Positions 56,536 to 64,000 of a stretch of DNA of 64,000 nt are shown one piece after another (positions within the stretch are counted from its first letter, which is position 1; each line of letters starts with the position of its first letter). The notes under the pieces are model-generated. The model was not told where the DNA came from and did not search any database. It saw only the letters and a list, made by a program, of their open reading frames with translations. Origin of the DNA: an uncultured Acidiferrobacteraceae bacterium (lineage in GTDB: Bacteria; Pseudomonadota; Gammaproteobacteria; Arenicellales; UBA868); NCBI GenBank assembly GCA_964484965.1, contig CAZAHE010000004.1:829-64828 (forward strand), in the 5' to 3' direction. Both the position numbers and the translations under genes were made by a program.

Positions 56536-57447
56536 GTGGAGAATCTCTGGGTTCCAATTGTGTTGGCCGCGTCAGCGCTTCAGACAGCACGAAACGCGGG
56601 GCAAAAACACTTGAGCGGTCGCATGTCTCCATGGCTTGCGGCATGGGTGCGTTTTGGGTTTGGATTACCAATAGCGGTTTTTTACTTGCTCGTCGTATTG
56701 CTATGGTACGACTTGCCGCTGCCGCCCCTCAACCGCGCTTTTGTGGTTCCCGCGTTGTCTGCTGCGCTGATGCAGATTGCAGGCACGGTGTTGCTTATTC
56801 ATCTTTTCCGTCTAAGAAACTTTGCCATCGGTTCAACTTTTGTTCGCACTGAGGTCATTATGGCCGGGCTACTCGGCAGTTTTGTTTTTGCCGAATCGAT
56901 CGATCGATGGGGTTGGTTGGCGATTGTCGTATCCGTCGCGGGAGTGCTTTTAATATGTTTTGTCCGCTCTTCGGTCCGTGGTTCGTCTTGGTTCGGATCG
57001 ATCCTCAATCTATCAGCAGGCATTGGCCTATTGGTTGGGCTTTGTTTTTGCCTGGCATCGTTCTTCATCCGTCAGGCCAGCCTCTCTTTCGCCGACGATA
57101 ACTTTGTCTACACTGCCGCGCTGACTTTCATGGTCGTGGTTGTTCTGCAAACGCTATGCCTTGGGATCTATATCATGCTCTCTCACCCCCGAGAATTTTT
57201 AAAACTGGCCCATACCTGGCGCCCAAGCCTGTTCGTCGGTGTCACGAGTGCCGTCGGTTCGATTGGCTGGTTTACAGCAATGACTATTGAGCGTGTGTCC
57301 TACGTTAAGGCATTGGCGCAGGTCGAATTCGTCTTTGCACTTTGTGTGTCAATCATCTTATTCAAGGAACGGCCCACCAGACTTGAACTGTTTGGTATGA
57401 CGTTAATCGCTCTCGGCGTTGTCGTGCTGTTATTATTTGCTCGTTAA
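56536..57447 (+). CDS. DMT-superfamily membrane protein
   Basis: ~10 hydrophobic helices; GTG start; no sharper motif seen. Confidence 0.6.
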   Translation: MENLWVPIVLAASALQTARNAGQKHLSGRMSPWLAAWVRFGFGLPIAVFYLLVVLLWYDLPLPPLNRAFVVPALSAALMQIAGTVLLIHLFRLRNFAIGSTFVRTEVIMAGLLGSFVFAESIDRWGWLAIVVSVAGVLLICFVRSSVRGSSWFGSILNLSAGIGLLVGLCFCLASFFIRQASLSFADDNFVYTAALTFMVVVVLQTLCLGIYIMLSHPREFLKLAHTWRPSLFVGVTSAVGSIGWFTAMTIERVSYVKALAQVEFVFALCVSIILFKERPTRLELFGMTLIALGVVVLLLFAR

Positions 57448-57504
57448 GACTGATTTGTTTGCCTGCATCTTTTTTGCAGTCATTTCCGGAAAGAAGAAAG
57501 AACC

Positions 57505-58914
57505 ATGGATGAGGCGGTTGCCAGCGCGTTGATTGAAAGCACCTGGGATAGTTCGATCACCCCGGCCCTAATTGACTATATAAAAATTCCAAACAAATCG
57601 CCTGCCTTCGATCCCGACTGGAAGGCGAACGGTTTCATGGATGAAGCGGTCGCACTGGTTACGAAGTGGTGCCACAGCAACGCGCTCGACGGCATGAGCT
57701 TGGAAGTCATAGAGTTAGAGGGGCGCACACCACTGATTTACATCGACATACCCGGTGTTGGAGACGACTGCGTTGTTTTGTACGGCCATATAGACAAGCA
57801 GCCGGAAATGACCGGATGGAACAAAGGTCTTGGCCCATGGATTCCGGTGCTCGACGGCGATCGTTTGTATGGCCGCGGCGGTGCAGACGACGGCTACGCT
57901 GTGTTTGCGTCGTTGACGGCGATTCGAGCGGTGCAGGAAGCTGGCGGCCAACACGCGCGTTGTGTGTTGATTATTGAGGCGTGTGAAGAGTCGGGTAGCT
58001 TTGATCTTCCATACTACATTGACCACTTGCAGCATCGTATCGGTCGACCGAGTCTGGTGATCTGCCTCGACTCCGGCTGTGGCAATTATGAACAGTTGTG
58101 GTGTACCACGTCATTGCGCGGAATGGTCGCTGGTAACCTGGAGGTACGGGTTTTGGAGGAGGGTGTTCACTCGGGTGATGCCTCGGGTATTGTGCCATCG
58201 TCATTTCGTGTCCTGCGCCAGTTGCTCGATGGGATCGAAGATTCAGCCACTGGCGCGATCCTACTCGACGCCCTATCAGTTGAAATCCCCTCACAGCGCG
58301 TGCGTCAGGCTGAAGTGGTTGCGCAGGTTTTGGGTGAGACGGTGCATGAAAAGTTTCCCTGGCAGGGCGATATGCAGCCGGCGGCAACTGGGGTGCAAGC
58401 CGTACTCAATCGGACCTGGCGCCCAGCCCTCGCTGTGATCGGCATCGACGGCGTACCCGCCCTGCAGGATGCGGGTAACGTTTTGCGCCCGTTTACGACA
58501 GTCAAATTGTCGATGAGAATTCCACCAACGGTTAACGCCGATGATGCCACTGCGGCACTGAAATCTGCATTGGAAACGGCTGCGCCTTACATGGCCGAGG
58601 TGCGCTTCGTTGGTGATAAAGGGGCATCGGGCTGGAACGCGCCGCCACTTGCCCCGTGGCTGGAAAAAGCTTGTGATGCGGCTTCAAGCGCACAATTCGG
58701 CCGTGGCGCGGTGTGGATGGGAGAAGGCGGCACGATACCGTTTATGGGAATGCTTGGCGCGAAGTTTCCTGAGGCCCAGTTTATGGTGACCGGAGTACTT
58801 GGCCCAGCTTCGAATGCACATGGGCCCAACGAATTTCTGCATATCCCTTTCGCGAAGGGTCTGACGGCCTGCGTGGCGCATGTCCTCGAGGCCCATTGTG
58901 CTCGCCACACTTGA
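57505..58914 (+). CDS. M20-family dipeptidase-like metallohydrolase
   Basis: LYGHIDKQP, GRGGADDGY and IIEACEESGS motifs. Confidence 0.8.
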   Translation: MDEAVASALIESTWDSSITPALIDYIKIPNKSPAFDPDWKANGFMDEAVALVTKWCHSNALDGMSLEVIELEGRTPLIYIDIPGVGDDCVVLYGHIDKQPEMTGWNKGLGPWIPVLDGDRLYGRGGADDGYAVFASLTAIRAVQEAGGQHARCVLIIEACEESGSFDLPYYIDHLQHRIGRPSLVICLDSGCGNYEQLWCTTSLRGMVAGNLEVRVLEEGVHSGDASGIVPSSFRVLRQLLDGIEDSATGAILLDALSVEIPSQRVRQAEVVAQVLGETVHEKFPWQGDMQPAATGVQAVLNRTWRPALAVIGIDGVPALQDAGNVLRPFTTVKLSMRIPPTVNADDATAALKSALETAAPYMAEVRFVGDKGASGWNAPPLAPWLEKACDAASSAQFGRGAVWMGEGGTIPFMGMLGAKFPEAQFMVTGVLGPASNAHGPNEFLHIPFAKGLTACVAHVLEAHCARHT

Positions 58915-58973
58915 TTTGGGCACAGTGACCGATGAGTACGATGTGTGTGTACGCGTCTTTATAGGTCGCCGCG

Positions 58974-59954
58974 GTGCGTTGCTCCTGGTTGATCCCGGTA
59001 CGCAACGGGGGCGCGTGGCTGGATGAAGCCGTGCGCTCGGCCTTGGCCGAGTGTGGCTGTGACGATGAAGTGGTGGTAGTCGACGATGGTAGCCGCGATG
59101 GTGCCCCGGCGCGTCTCGACGTTCACCCGCAACTACGGCTGATTCATTTGCCACCGTCGGGGCTCGTAGCCGCGCTCGAGACGGGCCGAGCCGCTTGCCA
59201 GGGTGCATTCATCGCTCGCCTCGATGCTGACGACAGAGCGCTGCCCGGACGACTGGCAGCGCAACTCGAAGTATTAGAGGCGGACCCAAATGTCGCCGCC
59301 GTCGGTGGCAAGGCGCGTCTTTTCGCGGCCGAGGGCAAACTTCTGCAGGGTATGGCGAAGTACGTTGACTGGGTAAACGCACTGCAGGATCTGCATCGGG
59401 AGATACTGGTCGAAAGTCCGATGTTTCATCCTGCAGTGACGTTCCGGGCATCAGCCGTATCGCAGGTCGGCGGCTATCGAACGGGTAACATGCCGGAGGA
59501 TTATGATTTGTGGCTGCGTCTGGTGATGGCGGGGTACCGCATCGTCAATGTCAACGAAACCGTGGTGGAGCTGCGCGATCATGCCGCACGCTTGACGCGT
59601 ACCGATTCCCGCTATCAACAAAGCGCATTTGACCGTTGCCGGAAGCATTTCCTTATTGCTGGGGCTTTGACCAACCCACGCCGGCTGGTGTTGTGGGCCG
59701 GTGTCCGTGGTGGGCGGCCGTGGCTTCGTTGGTTACAGGCCGAGGGCCACACGGTCCTGGCTGTGATTGATATTGTGGCAACGGCTCAACGCGCCAGCGT
59801 ACCCATCCTTCCGCCGTCTGCCCTGCGCGATCTCGAATTCGACTATTTACTGGTGGCGGTTGGTACGCGCGGCGCGCGTGAAAAGATTCGCGCGGAGATC
59901 TCTGCGTTACGTCCCGATCTTGTTGAAGGCCACGATTGGTGGGCGTTGCGTTGA
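58974..59954 (+). CDS. Family-2 glycosyltransferase with extra C-terminal Rossmann-like segment
   Basis: VVVVDDGSRDG and ARLDADD (DxD) motifs; GTG start. Confidence 0.7.
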   Translation: MRCSWLIPVRNGGAWLDEAVRSALAECGCDDEVVVVDDGSRDGAPARLDVHPQLRLIHLPPSGLVAALETGRAACQGAFIARLDADDRALPGRLAAQLEVLEADPNVAAVGGKARLFAAEGKLLQGMAKYVDWVNALQDLHREILVESPMFHPAVTFRASAVSQVGGYRTGNMPEDYDLWLRLVMAGYRIVNVNETVVELRDHAARLTRTDSRYQQSAFDRCRKHFLIAGALTNPRRLVLWAGVRGGRPWLRWLQAEGHTVLAVIDIVATAQRASVPILPPSALRDLEFDYLLVAVGTRGAREKIRAEISALRPDLVEGHDWWALR

Positions 59955-59984
59955 CATTGGGCGCCGATACGAGTGACAGGCGGT

Positions 59985-60815
59985 TTAACCTCCCACATCG
60001 AATGCCAGGCCAGGTAAGCCGAGATCATCGGCGCTCGCCAGTGTCAGGCCATACCTGACGACGACATCATAGGCCTGGTCGAGATTGGCCATCGCATCCT
60101 CTGGGCGGTGCGCGTCTGAACTGCAGACGACGTTCACACGATATTCGCTGGCCAGTTGCCAAAAATCCGACCACGGATACGGCGCCCGCGAGCCCGCTTG
60201 AGTGTGGCGGGTCGATTTTCGAAAGCCGCCGGCGTTGATTTCTAGCGGCACACCTGTCGCTTCGGCTGCCGCAAGGATGTCTCGCGAACACGCTGCCAAA
60301 TCCGCGTTCCAGTCGTTGGTCGAGCAGCCAAATATGTCGGGGTGTGCGATAAAGGCGTACAGACCCGTGTCCATCATCGAGCACAAATGTTCGCCGTAGG
60401 CAAATAGAAAGCGCTTGTCTTCCATGCCCGTGTAAGAGTTGTGCCACGCCCCTTCGAACGGTGTGTAGTGAGCGGCACCCACGAGATAGTCATAGCCTCG
60501 TCGCCCCAGAATCTCTTCACTGTAATAGGTTCGGTATTCAGCGAAGTCCTCACACTCAAGCGCAAGCAACACCTTTAGGTCTGGGAAAGCGGCTTGTGCG
60601 TCGCGTACGGCCTCTTCATAGCCGTCCAATTCACGCATCGCCATTCGTACTCCCGCATGGCGGCCATCCGGCAATGGTGCATGATCGGAAATTCCATAGA
60701 TCGTGGCACCGGCTGCATGTGCTGTACTAACGTAATCGCCTGCATCACCGCTTGCGTGTTTGCATCTATAGGTATGCGAATGAAGGTTGATGCGGGGTTG
60801 GTGTGGGTTTTCCAC
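59985..60815 (-). CDS. PHP-domain histidinol-phosphatase (HisJ) family protein
   Basis: NLHSHTYRCKHA N-terminal His motif, with later HPD and SDAH motifs; GTG start. Confidence 0.75.
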   Translation of the reverse strand: MENPHQPRINLHSHTYRCKHASGDAGDYVSTAHAAGATIYGISDHAPLPDGRHAGVRMAMRELDGYEEAVRDAQAAFPDLKVLLALECEDFAEYRTYYSEEILGRRGYDYLVGAAHYTPFEGAWHNSYTGMEDKRFLFAYGEHLCSMMDTGLYAFIAHPDIFGCSTNDWNADLAACSRDILAAAEATGVPLEINAGGFRKSTRHTQAGSRAPYPWSDFWQLASEYRVNVVCSSDAHRPEDAMANLDQAYDVVVRYGLTLASADDLGLPGLAFDVGG

Positions 60816-60927
60816 GGCAAACTCAATCGGTCACTGTGAAGCGTGACTATGCACGAAACACATTGAAAATTGGTAACAAGTATCGATCCGGGTAGACTGT
60901 TGAAAAAACGAGACAAGGAGAAAAGCA

Positions 60928-61719
60928 GTGGATCTGGAGCTTGGCGGAAAAGTAGCCATTATCACCGGCGGCAGTGACGGTATCGGCAAGGCCGCAGCGT
61001 TGTCAATGTCGCGTGAGGGTGCGCATGTTGCAATCGTTGCGCGGACGCAGGCGACACTGACAGCGGCTGCCGCAGAAATACGCGGCGAGACGGGTGTCGA
61101 AGTGTTGGATATTTCAGCTGATGTGACAGATGAGATCCAAGTGAAATCAGTTATTCAGCAGGTTGTTGCCAAGTGGGGCGGGATCGATATTCTGGTGAAT
61201 AATGCAGGCACCTCGTCTGTCGCACGCCTGCAGGACATGAGCAATGAGCAAATGGTGGCGGATGTAGAACTCAAGGTTTATGGTGCAGTTTATTGTGCCC
61301 GTCACGCACTTGAACATCTCAGAAAGTCAAACAGTGGCGTCATCATCAATACCACGACACCGGGTGGTAAAGCACCGGCGGCGGGCACGCAGCCAACCGC
61401 GATGTCTCGCGCAGCCGGCATTTCCCTGACCAAGGCCTGGTCCAAAGAACTCGCAGAATTCAACATTCGCGTCAACACCATATGTATCGGGCTCATCAAG
61501 AGCGGCCAGCACCGCAACAAGTGGGCGATGCTGCATGACAAGGACCCCGCCTACAGCCTTGACGATCATTGGCAGTCTTTGTCTCAGTCAGTACCAATGG
61601 GTCGGGTCGGGGAAGCAGAAGAAGCCGGCGACGTGATCTGCTTCCTTGCTTCACAAAAGGCGAGCTATGTACCCGGAGCTTCAGTCAACATAGACGGCGG
61701 CACATCGCCTGTCGTGTAG
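60928..61719 (+). CDS. SDR-like oxidoreductase without an obvious YxxxK catalytic pair
   Basis: ITGGSDGIGKA and LVNNAG motifs are present, but the expected Tyr/Lys region reads AMSRAAGISLTK. AAGGAG lies 7 nt before GTG 60928. Confidence 0.75.
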   Translation: MDLELGGKVAIITGGSDGIGKAAALSMSREGAHVAIVARTQATLTAAAAEIRGETGVEVLDISADVTDEIQVKSVIQQVVAKWGGIDILVNNAGTSSVARLQDMSNEQMVADVELKVYGAVYCARHALEHLRKSNSGVIINTTTPGGKAPAAGTQPTAMSRAAGISLTKAWSKELAEFNIRVNTICIGLIKSGQHRNKWAMLHDKDPAYSLDDHWQSLSQSVPMGRVGEAEEAGDVICFLASQKASYVPGASVNIDGGTSPVV

Positions 61720-61729
61720 GTGCCTGTAG

Positions 61730-62458
61730 ATGACTGACTTGAACGGCAAACATATCGTGGTGACAGGCGCCGCCGGGGGTATAGGCAAGGAAGTGGTTAA
61801 CACACTGGTGGGGCAAAATGCCATGCTGACGCTGATCGATATCGATAGTGCCGGCCTTGCCTCACTAGCCTCTGCGTACCCCGAGCGGCCGCCGCATACG
61901 ATCGAGTCCGGGCTTGAGGGGGTCACAGAGTGCCGTCGAATCGCATCGACGTTGTCCTCGCCAGTATACGGCCTGGTACACCTGGCTGGAGTTTACGAAG
62001 CCGATCCTGATGGAATCGACGCGCACGGCGTATGGGATCGCGCCATTCAACACAACCTTGCCAACGCCTATGACCTTATTGGTGCACTATTACCGAGTTT
62101 CGATAGTGAGGTCATTGCCCGTATTGTGCTGACCGCTTCACTCGCATTTAGGCGCGGTAGTTTTGACCATGTGCCTTACAGCGCGGCGAAGGGCGGTGTG
62201 GTTGGTCTGGTACGCTCTTATTCGCGCAGACTGGCACCAGACATCCTGGTCAATGGGCTTGCGCCAGGCATTATCGATACGCCCATGCCGCGAGACATCA
62301 TTGACGAACGTGGGGACGCGTTGTTGCGGGATATCCCGCTGCGGCGATTCGGTCATCCGCGCGAAGTGGCTTCGGTCATTGCCTTTCTACTGTCAGACAA
62401 CGCGAGTTATATGACAGGTCAGGTGCTTAATGTCGACGGCGGCATGATCAACAGTTGA
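61730..62458 (+). CDS. Classical short-chain dehydrogenase/reductase
   Basis: VTGAAGGIGKE and YSAAKGGV motifs. Confidence 0.9.
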   Translation: MTDLNGKHIVVTGAAGGIGKEVVNTLVGQNAMLTLIDIDSAGLASLASAYPERPPHTIESGLEGVTECRRIASTLSSPVYGLVHLAGVYEADPDGIDAHGVWDRAIQHNLANAYDLIGALLPSFDSEVIARIVLTASLAFRRGSFDHVPYSAAKGGVVGLVRSYSRRLAPDILVNGLAPGIIDTPMPRDIIDERGDALLRDIPLRRFGHPREVASVIAFLLSDNASYMTGQVLNVDGGMINS

Positions 62459-62466
62459 CAAAGTGT

Positions 62467-63735
62467 CTACGGTTTTGCAGGGATGTTGGCCACGGCAGTG
62501 CGCGGTAGCAGAAATGCAACGAGTGAAGCGGCAACTGCGCTGCAGGCCAGCAACAAATAAACTGCATTGAAATTCCCGCTCTGGTCATATAGCTCCCCGG
62601 CGAAGCGCACGGTCAGTCCGCCGACACCCAGGGCAAGCACAAATCGTGCACCATAGGCCAGCGATCGCCATTTGAATGGCGTGTAGCGTGCGACAAGCAT
62701 GTTTTCAGCCGCCACAAAGGTTACGTTGAAGGACAGGGCAAGCAGGGCGAGCATAAGTAGCAAAAGTCCGGAACTGGCGGCGACAAAAAATAGCGGCGGC
62801 GCTGTTAAAGCCCAGAAGATCAGGTAGATGGTTCTTGCGGAATAGCGATCGGCAAGCCAGCCGCCGGCTATGCTGCACAGTGACGACAGCCCAACGACAG
62901 CACTCACCAGAAGGCCGAGTGCTGTGTAGTGGCCACCCTCTATGCCCAAGGCAGAAACAAACAGCGTTGCGGAACGAAGGGTCTGGCCGAGCCCTGACTC
63001 AAAGACCATCGGTATGGTATGGAATAACCCAGTGTAGACCAGCCCGTTGCATGCCATCGTCACCAGCAGTACAAAGAATACTCGGCGATAGGCTGAGGGG
63101 TCCGGCGCCGGGGCGGGCGCTCGGTCCGACTTCAAATCACTGACTAAGCCGCGTCTCCAGGCAAAAAACAGGCCGACACCTATTAGCATCGCGATGACAC
63201 CGGGGATGACGAAGGCGGCACGCCAAGAGACAAGGTCTGCCATCACACCGACAAAGACCGATGCAATGGCACCGCCGATGCCGCCGAAAACGGCATTGAT
63301 GCCAAGTGTCATACCCTGTTTGCGTGCACAGGCAACCAACCAAGCAATACCCACCGGATGATAAATCGAGGCGAAAAGGCCGACCAGGGAAAGTCCAACG
63401 ACGAGCGTGGTAACACCGTACGCTATTCCGATGACGATAGCAGATGCACCAGTTCCAAGGAAAAAAATAACAAGCATGCCGACTTGGCTCCAGCGGTCGC
63501 CGAGCCAACCGGCAGGCAGGCTACCGACACCAAACAGGATCACGCCCAGGCTTGAGAGACCGAGCATTTCACCTTTAGGGAGGTTGAATTCGCTGTATAG
63601 CACCAGCACGGCCGTGGCATAGAGACTGGTCAGCGTGTGCGTCAGCAGGTGGCCAATGTTGGAAAACGCTATAGACCAGGTAGGCTCGGGAACTGATGGT
63701 GTTTGTCGGTGTGTTTGTGAAGACGGATTTGGCAT
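62467..63735 (-). CDS. MFS transporter
   Basis: 12 helices and motif A-like GWLGDRWS. Confidence 0.8.
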   Translation of the reverse strand: MPNPSSQTHRQTPSVPEPTWSIAFSNIGHLLTHTLTSLYATAVLVLYSEFNLPKGEMLGLSSLGVILFGVGSLPAGWLGDRWSQVGMLVIFFLGTGASAIVIGIAYGVTTLVVGLSLVGLFASIYHPVGIAWLVACARKQGMTLGINAVFGGIGGAIASVFVGVMADLVSWRAAFVIPGVIAMLIGVGLFFAWRRGLVSDLKSDRAPAPAPDPSAYRRVFFVLLVTMACNGLVYTGLFHTIPMVFESGLGQTLRSATLFVSALGIEGGHYTALGLLVSAVVGLSSLCSIAGGWLADRYSARTIYLIFWALTAPPLFFVAASSGLLLLMLALLALSFNVTFVAAENMLVARYTPFKWRSLAYGARFVLALGVGGLTVRFAGELYDQSGNFNAVYLLLACSAVAASLVAFLLPRTAVANIPAKP

Positions 63736-63884
63736 GGGCGGGCGAGATGCGATTCAGATATGCAAATTACCACTTATCCGCGTGGACCGCTGGCAGAGGT
63801 GGCCTTAACCGCCAAAGTTGCACGCGGCAGAGCCTCGTGCTTACAGTGCCCCTTCGTTTTTCACCAAGCAGAGGAAGCAGAGAA

Positions 63885-64000
63885 ATGGAGATCATTCGCA
63901 AAAAGGGGACCGCGGCAGGCCGCTCGCCAGCAGTAGCCGCGGGGGGGCTGGTTTGGACCGTGGCGACCGCAGGTGGAAACGGTGTTGACGTGACGGAACA
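63885..64000 (+). CDS. Possible RidA-family protein, 3-prime end cut by the window edge
   Basis: GAGGA lies 9 nt before ATG 63885. The N-terminus MEIIRKKGTAAGRSPAVAAGGLVWTVATAGGNGVDVTE resembles RidA starts, but only 38 codons are visible. Confidence 0.35.
   Translation, partial: MEIIRKKGTAAGRSPAVAAGGLVWTVATAGGNGVDVTE

Noticed and set aside
58684-59208. 174-aa minus-strand ORF across the M20 / glycosyltransferase boundary
   Set aside because: It is an Arg/Pro/His-rich antisense product. Both sense genes have family motifs.
60928-61719. SDR-like protein lacking the YxxxK catalytic pair (reads AMSRAAGISLTK)
   Set aside because: I recall a described atypical SDR-like subgroup (beta-ketoacyl-reductase-like) that lacks a perfect catalytic tetrad. 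This is probably a known family peculiarity rather than a novelty. It is noted in the feature evidence only.
1-64000. Search for CRISPR arrays, tandem repeats, tRNA/rRNA genes, IS elements or prophage remnants
   Set aside because: No regularly spaced direct repeats, cloverleaf-like segments, transposase/integrase ORFs or phage structural genes were seen. All gaps over 100 nt are ordinary promoter regions.

Overview
Gene-dense 64-kb chromosomal segment with about 66 protein-coding genes on both strands. Most intergenic gaps are under 150 nt, and several gene pairs have 4-nt start/stop overlaps. Proteins resembling YajD, SrkA/YihE, EttA, Qor and GntK suggest a gammaproteobacterium (inference only). 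I recognised no rRNA, tRNA, CRISPR array, transposase, integrase, phage structural gene or DNA-binding transcription factor. Accessory catabolic enzymes dominate: LLM- and HpaB-type flavin monooxygenases, a Baeyer-Villiger monooxygenase, a TauD-type dioxygenase, enolase-superfamily, amidohydrolase and amidase enzymes, two M20 and one AstE/AspA-type deacylase. There are also three Asp/Glu-racemase-superfamily paralogues, three RidA, three SDR, two Nu-class GSTs and two tandem epoxide-hydrolase-like alpha/beta hydrolases. Transporters comprise 4 MFS, 2 DMT, TauE and one Fe3+ ABC importer with a Fur-box-like divergent promoter; alkA-ogt alkylation repair is also present. Most worth following up: (i) at the left edge, a beta-helix/CotH-type, VTC (triphosphate-tunnel) and DUF4956 three-gene module, a candidate uncharacterised bacterial polyphosphate synthesis/export system; (ii) a tail-to-tail PD-(D/E)XK nuclease / Pif1-like SF1B helicase pair separated by 5 nt; (iii) a low-GC coiled-coil DUF2325 protein with cysteine pairs, directly downstream of the Fur-box-controlled iron-binding-protein gene; (iv) an orphan HpaB-like/double-deacylase/racemase-like operon; (v) a probable single-nucleotide frameshift in an MFS transporter gene. 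All family calls come from reading motifs in the supplied translations. No database search was run.
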